From positions 1 through 64,000 of the IMG/VR virus record IMGVR_UViG_3300036760_000327: 64,000 bases of DNA. The stretch is one strand, 5' to 3'. A program made the position numbers and the translations under genes. This document shows positions 19,254 to 29,569 of this stretch, piece after piece. The notes below the pieces were generated by a model. It was not told the DNA's origin. It saw nothing but the letters and a program-made list of their open reading frames with translations, and searched no databases. Position 1 is the first letter of the stretch. The number at the start of each line of letters is the position of its first letter. This DNA comes from a virus.

Positions 19254-20144
19254 ATGACAATTCCTGAATTAGTTCATCTTTTATCTGATGCTTCTGTATT
19301 AGAAAATGAAGGGCAATTGGATAGTGCATCTAAACTTTTAACACAAATAATTGATGATCCTATTTGTCCTAAACAAATAAAAATGACTGCCGAGAAAATG
19401 ATGAATAGGATAAGTACCAAACAAAATAATATAGTGGGCGAGACAGTGGAATCAAAACCTATTACAAAAGATAATATATTAAATGTGGATGTGTTTGCCT
19501 TGGGAAGTATTCCTCAAATAGAAGGCAAAATGGCAATTAAACCAGAGGACTATGAAAGAATAAAGGAAGGAATAAAAAAGAGAGGAATTATAAATCCTCT
19601 AATTGCTTTGCCAGATCTTAGATTGGTTTGCGGATATAATAGATTAAAAATTGCTAAGGAATTAGAACTAAAAACAGTACCTGTAATATTTAAAGATATT
19701 CCAGAGGCCAGAATAGTTGAATATGCTATGAAGGACAATATCGAAAGGAGACAACTTTCACCAGAACAGATAGCGGATTATGTTGCGGGAGTTGTATCGC
19801 AGGGAGTGGGACGACCTAAAAAAGGAAGTAGAAATAAAACAAATGAGGACATTGCTCAAGTGCTGGGTATCTCTGAAAGAACAGTGCAACGAGCAAGAAA
19901 GTTTACTAAAAAAGTTAAAGAAAATCCTCAGCTTAAAGGACAGAGTATAAAATCAGTAATTGAGGGCGGTAATCGTATAGATAGATTAAATATGAGATTC
20001 CAATATATTATTGGTGTGGGTGATTTTAATCAAGAAATGATTGAAGACGGGGCTAAAACAATAAATAAAATACAAGATTTAAATCCAGCTAACGGAGATA
20101 AAATTAAAGTTGTAACCCAGATTTATTTAATTCGGAGGAAATAA
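19254..20144 (+). CDS. ParB/Srx-like domain protein with HTH
   Basis: GIINPLI...GYNRLKIA...DNIERRQL, then IAQVLGISERTVQR. Confidence 0.85.
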   Translation: MTIPELVHLLSDASVLENEGQLDSASKLLTQIIDDPICPKQIKMTAEKMMNRISTKQNNIVGETVESKPITKDNILNVDVFALGSIPQIEGKMAIKPEDYERIKEGIKKRGIINPLIALPDLRLVCGYNRLKIAKELELKTVPVIFKDIPEARIVEYAMKDNIERRQLSPEQIADYVAGVVSQGVGRPKKGSRNKTNEDIAQVLGISERTVQRARKFTKKVKENPQLKGQSIKSVIEGGNRIDRLNMRFQYIIGVGDFNQEMIEDGAKTINKIQDLNPANGDKIKVVTQIYLIRRK

Positions 20145-20171
20145 TTATAGGGGTGATGACATGTAATATTA

Positions 20172-20244
20172 GCTTGCGTAGCTTATGAAGGTAAAGCCCT
20201 GTTTTGTAAACAGGAAGAAGGGGGTTCAATTCCTCCCGCAAGCT
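20172..20244 (+). tRNA. tRNA-Thr(UGU), CCA not encoded
   Basis: Acceptor GCTTGCG/CGCAAGC, D arm GCTT/AAGC, anticodon arm CCTGT-TTTGTAA-ACAGG, T arm GGGGG-TTCAATT-CCTCC. Confidence 0.9.
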
Positions 20245-20296
20245 CTAAGATGTGGGCTCTACCCTGACTTGTTCTACCAAATTTTTTCAAGGAGGA

Positions 20297-20509
20297 AAAA
20301 TGGGAGACCGTTATTTAATAACAGTAAAGTGTTCTGAATGCGGTTTTATAGAAGGAGAAGTTTATTATGCTCCAACTTGCGGATTTACAGACTGGAATTG
20401 CCCAAAGTGCAATCACAAAGTTGATTTGGAAAATTATACGGGAATTAGTTATAAGGACGCTTCTAACAAAGAGTTAATAGAAAAAATTGTAAAAGCAGTT
20501 GGAAAGTAG
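20297..20509 (+). CDS. zinc-ribbon protein
   Basis: CSEC and CPKC motifs; start near MGDRY after AGGAGG, approximate. Confidence 0.6.
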   Translation, partial: KMGDRYLITVKCSECGFIEGEVYYAPTCGFTDWNCPKCNHKVDLENYTGISYKDASNKELIEKIVKAVGK

Positions 20510-20593
20510 ATTGATCTTATAAATTATTGATCAGAATTTGATTTCCATAACGAGTTCTGATATAAGAAAACAAATCGTGGAAGGAATTTTAAT

Positions 20594-21013
20594 ATGACCA
20601 ACGAGGAGCTAAAATTATTAAAAGAATTGCGGTGTGGTCAGCATAAATGTATCCATTGTGGTAAAGATTTAGTCGATGGTTATGATAATGAATCTTGTAA
20701 ATCATGTAGGCGTCTATTACATAAAGCGATGAATGATGGGGGTTGGCGGGCTAAACTTACTGTTAAAATTTTAGACCATTATGGCTGGAAATGTTCCTGC
20801 TGCGGTTGTGATATTCCTGAATTTTTAACCGTTGATCATTGTTTTGGAGCCGGTAACGAGCATAGAAGAGACGCTAGAAAAATGGGCAGTAATGATTGGT
20901 ACAAAACAATTATTGCTGAAAACTATCCTGATAAATATCAAATACTTTGTTATAATTGTAACTTAGGCCGCCAGCGTAATAATGGAATATGCCCGCATAA
21001 ATTGGAGCAATAA
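20594..21013 (+). CDS. HNH-like Zn-binding nuclease
   Basis: CSCCG...LTVDH...QILCYNCN...GICPH. Confidence 0.75.
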   Translation: MTNEELKLLKELRCGQHKCIHCGKDLVDGYDNESCKSCRRLLHKAMNDGGWRAKLTVKILDHYGWKCSCCGCDIPEFLTVDHCFGAGNEHRRDARKMGSNDWYKTIIAENYPDKYQILCYNCNLGRQRNNGICPHKLEQ

Positions 21014-21017
21014 CTAT

Positions 21018-21335
21018 ATGGCAGATAAATATGCTGAATAACGTCGTTCTATTATTAATAGAAATAAATGGTTAGCTTTTTTAAAGGAGAATGATAAGAC
21101 TTGCTGTTCTAGATGTGGATATGATACTTATTTTGGCGCTATTGATTTTCATCATTTAAATCCCGCGCAAAAAGAATATGATATTGGGACTATTTTGACA
21201 CAGAAAATAACAGATAAAAGAATACAGGAAATTCAAAAATGTATAACTTTATGTTCTAATTGTCATAGAGAACTTCATGCAGGATTATGGACTATTTTAA
21301 ATGGTGTTTGTCCGCACAAAGAAGAGGAAATATAA
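21018..21335 (+). pseudogene. HNH endonuclease with in-frame TAA at codon 8
   Basis: MADKYAE*RRSIINRNKWLAFLKENDKTCCSRCGYD...IDFHH...LCSNCHRELHAGLW; paralog of 38636-39118. Confidence 0.75.
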
Positions 21336-22204
21336 TGTCTTATTACCATATCCCAAATTTATACCAGGATCAATCTATTCTTCTTTTTAAAGAGTGTTAC
21401 GCCCTAGAAAAGATTCATGGAACTAGCGCTCATATTTTATATAAGGATGATGATATAGTATTTTTTTCTGGAGGTGTTAAATACGAGGAATTTGTAAAAT
21501 TATTCAGTTACGAAAATTTGTTATCCATATTTAGAGAACACTTTACACCAGAACAAAAGGTATGCGTATATGGAGAAGCTTATGGTGGTAAATGTCAAGG
21601 AATGTCGACTACTTATGGCCCAAATTTAAAATTTGTAGCATTTGAAGTTCTTGTAGATGGTATATGGTTAAAGGTTCCAGATGCTGAAACAGTTGTTAAA
21701 TTTCTGGGATTAGAATTTGTATTTTATCGTAAAATTCCTACTGATATAGAATCTATTAATAGAGAAAGAGATGCTCCTTCTATTCAAGCAGTTCGTAATG
21801 GGATCCCAGATTATCAGCCGATGTTTAGAGAAGGAATTGTTCTTCGTCCACTAGAAGAAATGATAAAAAATAATGGAGGACGTGTTATTGCTAAACATAA
21901 AAGGGATGAATTTAGGGAGACTAAAACCCCGCGAAATGTAATAGATAAATCTGAAAAACGGGAAAAATTAATTGAAGTAAATAAAATTATTGATGAATGG
22001 TTAACCGAAAGGCGATTGGATCACGTATTGGATAATGCTAATTTGGAATTAAAAGTGGAAAATATTGGGAAAATAATTCCTTTAATGATGGAGGATATAT
22101 ACAGAGAGGGGAAGGGCGAGATTGAAGAATCTCAAGAATTAAAGAAAGCCATCGGGAGAGAAACAGCACTTATGTTTAAAAGGAGATTAAATGTCATAAA
22201 ATAG
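21335..22204 (+). CDS. RNA ligase (Rnl2-like)
   Basis: EKIHGT (motif I), YGEAYG, FVAFEV, REGIVLRP and AKHK; start placed at the TAATG overlap. Confidence 0.88.
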   Translation: MSYYHIPNLYQDQSILLFKECYALEKIHGTSAHILYKDDDIVFFSGGVKYEEFVKLFSYENLLSIFREHFTPEQKVCVYGEAYGGKCQGMSTTYGPNLKFVAFEVLVDGIWLKVPDAETVVKFLGLEFVFYRKIPTDIESINRERDAPSIQAVRNGIPDYQPMFREGIVLRPLEEMIKNNGGRVIAKHKRDEFRETKTPRNVIDKSEKREKLIEVNKIIDEWLTERRLDHVLDNANLELKVENIGKIIPLMMEDIYREGKGEIEESQELKKAIGRETALMFKRRLNVIK

Positions 22205-22218
22205 GGTATTTCTCTATT
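22192..22218 (+). promoter_or_regulatory. variant phage promoter motif TGTCATA-N13-CTCTATT
   Basis: Same spacing as the consensus, followed by AAT. Confidence 0.45.
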
Positions 22219-22258
22219 AATAAAGATAGAGATGTATAAAACGGAGAAATAGATATTT

Positions 22259-22834
22259 ATGGATCAGGAACAATATTTTATTAATCTTTATATAAGCGCA
22301 AAACGGAATATAATGAAAAATAATTTTATAAAATCTCCAAAGACAGGATCAAAACAATATCAAAATTTAATTGATGCAGCTAATTTAGTAGAAAATATGC
22401 ATGCTGATCCAATTGATTTTATTCAGTTTTTTATAAAACGACTATCACCTTTACGTATTTTTCCACAACCGTACCATTTGGTGTCGAAAAAATTAATAGA
22501 AAAGTACAGATATCACCAATCTTTAAAAAATAGATATATTTTTGCTGATTATATGATGTGCGGAGACGATTTTACCATAAATAGAACTTATGAAGTTGTA
22601 AGTTATCGAGATGCAATAATGCTTCCGGTTGATAAAGATTTACGTTTAAAAACAGTTATGTTTATGTGCACACAAAAAGATCATAAATTAACTGACAAAG
22701 ATAAAAAAGATATTGCTTACGCGTTTGTTAAACTTAATTTTTTAGGAAAACCTGTACCTGAAAAATTAAAAATGCTTTATAGAAAGGAGGTGGAAGAAAA
22801 TGATAATGGAAAAAGCAGCCGTATTAGCAGTTAA
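22259..22834 (+). CDS. hypothetical protein
   Basis: 191-aa ORF with GGAG SD. Confidence 0.65.
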   Translation: MDQEQYFINLYISAKRNIMKNNFIKSPKTGSKQYQNLIDAANLVENMHADPIDFIQFFIKRLSPLRIFPQPYHLVSKKLIEKYRYHQSLKNRYIFADYMMCGDDFTINRTYEVVSYRDAIMLPVDKDLRLKTVMFMCTQKDHKLTDKDKKDIAYAFVKLNFLGKPVPEKLKMLYRKEVEENDNGKSSRISS

Positions 22835-23236
22835 AGAGTATCTAATAGAATTGTTAAACGACGAGAAGTGGTGTGAAGCTCAAAAAGTAGGAGAAGCACT
22901 AAGAATATTAGTGTATAGCCAAAAAAATCTGGCTCGGCCTACAATTTCAGATAGTATAATGGTAGGAGGGGGCATGGCACAGATCCAGCTTCCTAATGGC
23001 AGCTCTACGGCTTGCGGAAGAAAGGAGGTGAAATAATGTCAATAATAAAAGATGGTTCTATTGAAGGATGGTTTGTAGTATTGTGTGAAACAGTAATGGT
23101 ATTTGGATTATTGGCTGCTGGATTTTTTATTACGTCTGTACGGGATGCTTGGCCTACCATGGGGCCGTACATACAAACCATATATCCGTTAGCCATGGGA
23201 ACATGGTTTGCATACAAAACTGTAAAATCTTTCTAA
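22800..23236 (+). CDS. two small proteins (22800-23036; 23036-23236 membrane)
   Basis: AGGAGGTG SDs; the second is hydrophobic. Confidence 0.55.
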
Positions 23237-23248
23237 AGGAGGATAATT

Positions 23249-23599
23249 ATGAAAAGAATTATTTTAATCACTTTGGCCATAATGCTTTTGTCTACCTTGG
23301 TCTTTGGGGCAAATGTTCCACTTAAAGCAACATGGACTCCAAACACAGAAACAGATATGAAAGAATATAGACTTTATCGGCTTGATCCAACAAGAATATT
23401 AATAGGAACTATTCCTCATCCGCCTGTATTGCCTTATAATTTTACAACTACAGCACCAGACGGATCAGAAGTTTTAATGACTTTTGTTCTAACGGCAGTA
23501 GATCAAGCAGGAAATGAATCGGGGGACAGCAATGTAGCAACTTTCCCTTTCGATCAAATGGCGCCGGGTGTTCCTAAAAATGTTATTATTACAAAATAA
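23249..23599 (+). CDS. exported fibronectin type III-like protein
   Basis: Signal peptide, W.PNTE.D...Y.LY and TAVD.AGNES..SN. Confidence 0.75.
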   Translation: MKRIILITLAIMLLSTLVFGANVPLKATWTPNTETDMKEYRLYRLDPTRILIGTIPHPPVLPYNFTTTAPDGSEVLMTFVLTAVDQAGNESGDSNVATFPFDQMAPGVPKNVIITK

Positions 23600-23620
23600 A
23601 TTGGTGGCGGCGTCTGTATA

Positions 23621-25324
23621 GTGGAAAATATTGAAGAATATATTAAAAATAAAAAATGGCGATATAAAACTGTTTCCAGTAATAATGGGCCACAATTTTT
23701 AATTGAAAGATGCCCATTTTGTTTTGATATTACTGGAACTCATTTTTATATAGCAGCGCAGACTGGCCAGTATTATTGCCATCATTGTGGTGCAGCTGGT
23801 TCTTTCTTTAATCTAAAAAAGCATTTAGGAGATATAATTGAGCCGATCTCATTTGGTTCGCTAGTACCAAAAGAAAAAATTATTATTGACGAAAAGGAAT
23901 TAGAAAATGTGCGAAAAGCACATTTATGGTTATTACAAGATAAAGATGTCCTGTTGTACCTCTCTTCTCGCTGTATTACATTGGAGGCTGTAAAATATTT
24001 TAAATTGGGTTTATCTGACGAGAATAATATTAAATGGTTATTGTTTCCATATATCTCTAATGGTGAACTCAAAAATATTAAAATGAGGACTCTGCCTCCC
24101 GCTAAGAAGGGATTTAAAAGATTACTTGGTGGAGAGTCCTCATTATATAATGAGGATATACTACAAAAAAAATTAGATTGTGTTATGGTATGTGAAGGTG
24201 AAACAGATCTTTTAACATTATGGAGTAAAGGTTTTAAAAATGTTATTGCTACGTCAATAGGTGCCGGAGGTATAAAGAATGAATGGATAGAACAACTGGA
24301 TAAAATTCCAATTATCTATATTTGTTATGATAATGATGAGGCGGGCCAGACAGGAGCGCAAAAGCTGGCATCTAGATTGGGCATAGAAAAATGTAAACAA
24401 ATACGACTACCTATAAAATATAATGATATTAATGAATATTTTCAAAAACATAAAAATTCATCGAATTTTCAACAGTTAATTGATCGTGCAATTCCCTTTG
24501 ATGTTACTAGTGTTAAATCATTAGGAAATGTAATAAAAGATACGGTTCGTAAATTATCTTCCGGAATTCCAGAGGATAAACTTATTTTACCCTGGAAAAA
24601 TGTGGACAAATTATTAAATGGATTTATGCCAGGAGATTTAATTATAATAGGGGCTAAAGTAGGTGTTGGTAAAAGCAGTCTTGGTTTTAATCTATTATAC
24701 AATTATTCAATACAAGGTATTCCTTCTTTATTATTTTCTTTAGAGATGCCCCCGTGGAGAATTTTACCGCGTATCGTTGCATTACATAAACGTAAAGATT
24801 CAAGATTATGCTCAGATGCTGATATTTTATTAAGCGCTTATGAAGAACTAAAAGATGTTCCATTCTATTTGGCTTATAAATATGATAAACCAAATTGGGA
24901 TTTTATATCAGATACCATACGACACTGCGTAAAAAGATATGGCATTCGATTTGTAGTATTTGATAATTTGCACTTCTTGTGTCGATCTTTATCACATGCT
25001 ACTGAAGAAATTTCAGTTATGATACAGAGTTTTAAATTATTAGCTGAAGAATTAATGATTCCTATTATTGTAATTGCTCGGCCTCGTAAAACTACATCTA
25101 GAATAATTGACGAGGAAGACCTTAAGGGTTCGATAGATGTTGCTGGAGATGCTGATATTATATTATTACTATCCAGAGATAAAAAGAAGAGCGTTAGTGG
25201 GGAAGCTACAGAAGGAGTATTTGAGCCCCAGTGTTTAGTAACTGCTGCTAAAGTAAGATATGCTGCTGGCGGTAGTACATTTTTGTTTGTAAATGATGCA
25301 GAATGTCGATTTGAAGAGATGTAA
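23621..25324 (+). CDS. primase-helicase (T7 gp4/Twinkle-like)
   Basis: Zn finger CPFC/CHHC, TOPRIM EGETD and YDND, Walker A GAKVGVGKS, SLEM and FDNLH. Confidence 0.93.
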   Translation: MENIEEYIKNKKWRYKTVSSNNGPQFLIERCPFCFDITGTHFYIAAQTGQYYCHHCGAAGSFFNLKKHLGDIIEPISFGSLVPKEKIIIDEKELENVRKAHLWLLQDKDVLLYLSSRCITLEAVKYFKLGLSDENNIKWLLFPYISNGELKNIKMRTLPPAKKGFKRLLGGESSLYNEDILQKKLDCVMVCEGETDLLTLWSKGFKNVIATSIGAGGIKNEWIEQLDKIPIIYICYDNDEAGQTGAQKLASRLGIEKCKQIRLPIKYNDINEYFQKHKNSSNFQQLIDRAIPFDVTSVKSLGNVIKDTVRKLSSGIPEDKLILPWKNVDKLLNGFMPGDLIIIGAKVGVGKSSLGFNLLYNYSIQGIPSLLFSLEMPPWRILPRIVALHKRKDSRLCSDADILLSAYEELKDVPFYLAYKYDKPNWDFISDTIRHCVKRYGIRFVVFDNLHFLCRSLSHATEEISVMIQSFKLLAEELMIPIIVIARPRKTTSRIIDEEDLKGSIDVAGDADIILLLSRDKKKSVSGEATEGVFEPQCLVTAAKVRYAAGGSTFLFVNDAECRFEEM

Positions 25325-25510
25325 AAAGATGATTAGAATTCAATCTTGAAATCTAAATGTGAAAGAATGAAAAGGCGGAAAAGAAAATGACGAAAGAAGA
25401 ATATGATAAGAGTTATTTTGATTTATGGTACTGTGATTATTTTTGGGTTTGGTATATTGCTAAAAAAGAGATGTATGACCAATGGCCTTTTTCTCAAAAG
25501 GAGTAATAAG

Positions 25511-25744
25511 ATGGATGAGAAAATAAAAGAGATTCAGGAAAGATGGCATAGGCTTCCGATCCCAACTTATAATCAATCGGCAAGAGATATTGGATATCTT
25601 CTCTTATATATTACGAAACTTCAAGACCATGCTGAGAAGTTAAAGGAAGGAATTAAGGACTTTCTCGATTGTTGTCATAGGGAAGATCATAACATTCCAG
25701 AACGGGTTATGGATAAACTTAGAAAACTGATAGAGAAGAAATAG
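25511..25744 (+). CDS. hypothetical protein
   Basis: AAGGAG SD before MDEKIKE. Confidence 0.6.
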   Translation: MDEKIKEIQERWHRLPIPTYNQSARDIGYLLLYITKLQDHAEKLKEGIKDFLDCCHREDHNIPERVMDKLRKLIEKK

Positions 25745-25826
25745 GGCAGGTCGGTGGCTCTGAAAAGAGTAGGGCAACCAGCGAAGGTTGACTCGGAATA
25801 GTGGGCAATTCCGCCCGACCCGCTTT
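25744..25826 (+). ncRNA. four-way-junction RNA motif, copy 1
   Basis: Closing stem GGCAGGTCGG/CCGACCCGCT; hairpins GCTCT-GAAA-AGAGT, CAACC/GGTTG and CGGAAT/ATTCCG. Confidence 0.55.
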
Positions 25827-25921
25827 AAAAAGAATCGGGATTAGTATTTTCTCGTCAACACAGACTCTCGCCGTGGGACATTCTTGCGATGAGAAATATT
25901 AATCCCGAGAAAGGAAAATTT

Positions 25922-26404
25922 ATGTCGGAAGTGTGTGCAAACAAACTTTTGGAAACAAAACTTAAACAAAAAGCAAAATGGGTGGCCAGAAGATATCCGG
26001 AACTGTTGGAAAATGATTTAATACAAGAAGGTTTAGAATTAATTTGTAAATTAAGGAACATTAAAGGAAAAAATATTTCCATACATTATTTATTAAAAGC
26101 CCTTTCATTTCATTTTTCTAATATAATGAGAGCAACCAATCAAAAACATAATATAAGTATGCAAAATATTAATTTTCAGGGCGAGGATTTATCAGTAAAA
26201 AAAGAATTTGAAGAATTAGAAAAGCGATTTGACAGAGAAAAATTTATTAAATATATAGAAAACAATAATTTATTATTTATACTATCTGGTTTAATGAATG
26301 GAGATAAAATAAAAGAAATTGCAAAAAGAAATAATATTTCTGTAAGAACAATTTATCGACACATAAAAACTTTAAAGAAACTAAGAGAAGTTTGGGAAAA
26401 ATAA
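25922..26404 (+). CDS. phage sigma70-family (ECF-like) sigma factor
   Basis: Region 2-like ENDLIQEGL and region 4 HTH KEIAKRNNISVRTIYRH. Confidence 0.75.
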   Translation: MSEVCANKLLETKLKQKAKWVARRYPELLENDLIQEGLELICKLRNIKGKNISIHYLLKALSFHFSNIMRATNQKHNISMQNINFQGEDLSVKKEFEELEKRFDREKFIKYIENNNLLFILSGLMNGDKIKEIAKRNNISVRTIYRHIKTLKKLREVWEK

Positions 26405-26416
26405 GGAAAATGATTT

Positions 26417-26959
26417 ATGTCACAAATTTGGTTTACCGCGGACACGCATTTTAATCATATTAATATTATTAGATATTGTAATCGTCCATTTGATAATGTT
26501 ATTGAGATGAATAAAACATTAATTGAAAATTGGAATTCCCGCGTATCTGAAAAAGATTTAGTATATCATTTAGGGGATTTTGGTTTTAAGTTTCAGTATT
26601 TACAAGGGATTATTGATTCTTTAAACGGAAAGAAAATTTTAATTCCAGGTTCCCATGATCATAGATTGGAAAAATATGTTACAGGTATAACGTTTGTTAG
26701 TCCTTTATTTATTTTAAAAGGTGTTTCTAGTGTTCCAGATATTATTCTTTGCCATTATGCCATGCGTACCTGGCCGAGATCACATTGGGGAACATGGCAT
26801 TTATTTGGGCACAGTCATGGTAAATTGCAAGGATTTGGAAAATCTTTTGATGTGGGCGTAGATGCAAATCAATTTATGCCAATTTCATTGTATGATGTAA
26901 GTAAACGAATGGAAAATATTAAAAATAGTGATGAAGTAAGGAGGGGATGTAATGATTAA
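26417..26959 (+). CDS. calcineurin-like metallophosphoesterase
   Basis: ADTHFNH, HLGDF, GSHD, LCHY and GHSHG. Confidence 0.92.
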   Translation: MSQIWFTADTHFNHINIIRYCNRPFDNVIEMNKTLIENWNSRVSEKDLVYHLGDFGFKFQYLQGIIDSLNGKKILIPGSHDHRLEKYVTGITFVSPLFILKGVSSVPDIILCHYAMRTWPRSHWGTWHLFGHSHGKLQGFGKSFDVGVDANQFMPISLYDVSKRMENIKNSDEVRRGCND

Positions 26960-27131
26960 ATTACTTAATTTGAAATTATATAATACTTGTGATCACTGTC
27001 CGTATTATGATTCTACCTGGAGTATGTGTTGCGAAAAAAATAAAGAGGTTGAAATTGATGAAGAAAAAGGAACTTTATTTCCTGATTGGTGTCCATTAGA
27101 AACTCTGGAAATAGAGTAAGAATTTTAACCT

Positions 27132-27209
27132 GTGGCCGAAGGCAAAGTAGACGAGCCACCTGGTTGTGGCCCAGGTAATTAGCGGGTGCGAGTCTCGCCG
27201 GCCACCCCA
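27132..27209 (+). tRNA. tRNA-His(GUG)
   Basis: Acceptor GTGGCCG/CGGCCAC, anticodon arm CCTGG-TTGTGGC-CCAGG, T arm GCGGG/CTCGC, C73 plus CCA. Confidence 0.85.
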
Positions 27210-27225
27210 TTTAAAAAAGAAAATT

Positions 27226-29055
27226 ATGCCGAATTTAAATAATAATTTTGGAAAATGGTATAAAATAAATAATTTACAAGAATGGAAAAAATGGCTATAT
27301 AAAATATATAAAAAGGGATACTTTATTTTTGATCTTGAAACAACGGGATTAAATCCATTTTGGGATAATCAATATATTAAAATGATATCTTTTTCTATAG
27401 ATGAAGACGAAGCATTTGCTTTAGTATTTGAGAGCTGGAACAAAACTGATTGGGCTGAAATTTTGAATGATCTTAAAAAATTATTTGAAGATAAAAATGT
27501 AGGAAAGATAGGTCAAAATTTAAAGTTTGATATCCTTTGGCTTCAAGTAATTGAAAATATTCAGGTTAAAGGAATTATTTGGGATACCATGTTATCCCAA
27601 CATACATTATATCCCAATAAATCGAATCATTTAAAAGATATGGCGGGGGAACTTGGACTTGGAGGGTATGAAAACCTATCTGTAGATGTCCAGGATGCGT
27701 CTGGAGATGAATTAATTGAATATGGTTGTAAGGATAGTTTAATAACTCACAAAATATATAACTTACATAAAAATGTTTTTGTTAAAGAGCCTGAATTATA
27801 TAAAGGTTACAAGCACTTACTTATACCAGTTTCATCTGTTTTAAGTATAATGGAATATAATGGTATACGAATAAATCCATCTCGTTTGCATATAGCAAAT
27901 ACAAAGACAGATAAAATAATTAAGAATGTTTTAGAAGGCATTAAACAATATCCCGCGATTAAAAAATTTGAACATCAACATAAGATGGAGTTTAATCCAA
28001 ATTCACATGTACAGTTGCAAGAAATTCTTTTTGGAGATAAATATGAAAATTTGGATTCTATTAAGGAAACTAAAAAGAAGAAACAACCTTCTACTGATAA
28101 AGATGTATTGGAATATTATAAAGATACAAATCCATTTGCAAATTTATTATATACTTATTCTCAATATAATACTATGCACAAATTTTGTAATGAAATTAAG
28201 GAAAACATTACGCCGGATAATCGGATTCATACAACATACTGGTTGACCGAAACAAGATCTGGGCGCTCGTCCAGCCGAAATCCTAATTGCCAAAATTTTG
28301 CTAAGGGTGAAAAAGATTTAATTGGTTTACGTAATATATTTATAGCAGATAAAGGTTTCTTTTTGGCCGAATTAGATCATTCTCAAATGGAACTAAGAGT
28401 TATGGCAGAAGAAGCACAAGATGATGTTTTAAAAGACGCTGTATTAAATAGTGATGTTCACCAATTAACAGCAGCCACATGTTTAAATAAGGATCCTAAA
28501 TTAATAACTGAACAAGAAAGACGCGATATTGGAAAGGTTATGAATTTTCAATCAATTTATGGTGCCAGTGAGTTTGGTGTTGCCAGAGTATTAAAATGTA
28601 ATCTGGCTACTGCAAGATTATATTTATATAACTTTTTTAAGAAATATTATAAAACGAAAGAATGGATGGACAAAACAGCAGTTTTTGTGAAAAAAAATGG
28701 TTATGTTGTTATACGATCTGGTTTTAAAAAATATTTTCCCAATTATCCAAATTTAAATGATCATGAAATAAAGAGTGCAATGAATACTCCAATTCAAGGG
28801 CTAGCTGGTCATATTTTATTTATGGCGTTAATAGAGGTTCAAAAATTTATAGAATTAAATAAACTTAAATCATTTCTTAGTCTTGAAATTCATGATTCAA
28901 TAGTAATGAATATTCATAAATCTGAAATAAATATTTTGCCGGAGATTAAAAATCTTATGGAGACTTGCCATTTAAAATATATTCCAGATTTTAAAATTCC
29001 GTTGAAGGTGGATATAAAGATCGGAGAAAATTTAGGTGAATTAAAAGGAGAATAA
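27226..29055 (+). CDS. polA: family A DNA polymerase (3'-5' exonuclease plus polymerase, no 5' nuclease)
   Basis: FDLETTGL, QNLKFD, DHSQMELRVMA (motif A), RDIGKVMNFQSIYG (motif B) and IHDS (motif C); start moved downstream of the tRNA. Confidence 0.95.
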   Translation: MPNLNNNFGKWYKINNLQEWKKWLYKIYKKGYFIFDLETTGLNPFWDNQYIKMISFSIDEDEAFALVFESWNKTDWAEILNDLKKLFEDKNVGKIGQNLKFDILWLQVIENIQVKGIIWDTMLSQHTLYPNKSNHLKDMAGELGLGGYENLSVDVQDASGDELIEYGCKDSLITHKIYNLHKNVFVKEPELYKGYKHLLIPVSSVLSIMEYNGIRINPSRLHIANTKTDKIIKNVLEGIKQYPAIKKFEHQHKMEFNPNSHVQLQEILFGDKYENLDSIKETKKKKQPSTDKDVLEYYKDTNPFANLLYTYSQYNTMHKFCNEIKENITPDNRIHTTYWLTETRSGRSSSRNPNCQNFAKGEKDLIGLRNIFIADKGFFLAELDHSQMELRVMAEEAQDDVLKDAVLNSDVHQLTAATCLNKDPKLITEQERRDIGKVMNFQSIYGASEFGVARVLKCNLATARLYLYNFFKKYYKTKEWMDKTAVFVKKNGYVVIRSGFKKYFPNYPNLNDHEIKSAMNTPIQGLAGHILFMALIEVQKFIELNKLKSFLSLEIHDSIVMNIHKSEINILPEIKNLMETCHLKYIPDFKIPLKVDIKIGENLGELKGE

Positions 29056-29162
29056 AATGGAATTAAGTCTTACACAAATGATGTTTACATTTTTTTTAAT
29101 AGGAATTGGTGTGGGTTTTATTACATTTTTATTAATTTTTAAAAATTGAAAGGGGGAAAATA

Positions 29163-29567
29163 ATGTTGTCCAGAAAACATTATAAGGCGATAGCTAATAT
29201 AATTACTAAATTACACTGGAAAGAATTTGAAAATGAACCAATCGTTTATATTTCTGAATTAACTAAAAATTTGGCTGTGTATTTTAAAGAGGATAATCCA
29301 AAATTTAAAATAGAAAAATTTATAAACGCCTGTTATATAGGAGAATAAAATGGATTTGTACAAATACAGATATGTAAAGCGAGTACCATACAAAAGAATA
29401 TGGAACGCACCTATGTTAATGGAACAGATTAATTCTAAAATGTTGCGCTTTCTTAGGGAAAGTAAACTGGTATACGGAGACTTTATTTGTTTTGATTTTA
29501 GATTATTTGTGGAGAAAAATGGAAAAAAGTAGAGTATGTAGATGAAGAAGAGTACCTGGAATTTTGA
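29163..29567 (+). CDS. two small ORFs (29163-29348; 29350-29532, possibly frameshifted to 29567)
   Basis: SDs; an alternative frame after the A-tract at ~29515 reads WKKVEYVDEEEYLEF. Confidence 0.5.
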
Positions 29568-29569
29568 AG

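Noticed and set aside
20510-20597. SITSSDIRKQI resembling a nucleotidyltransferase C-terminal motif
   Set aside because: Too short, no start codon or other motifs; may be chance
25329-25510. TGA-interrupted ORF at 25329 and the long start of 25403-25744
   Set aside because: No SD or motif support; SD-backed starts at 25388 and 25511 explain the region
27166-27225. N-terminal extension of PolA from GTG 27166
   Set aside because: It overlaps tRNA-His; ATG 27226 is more plausible
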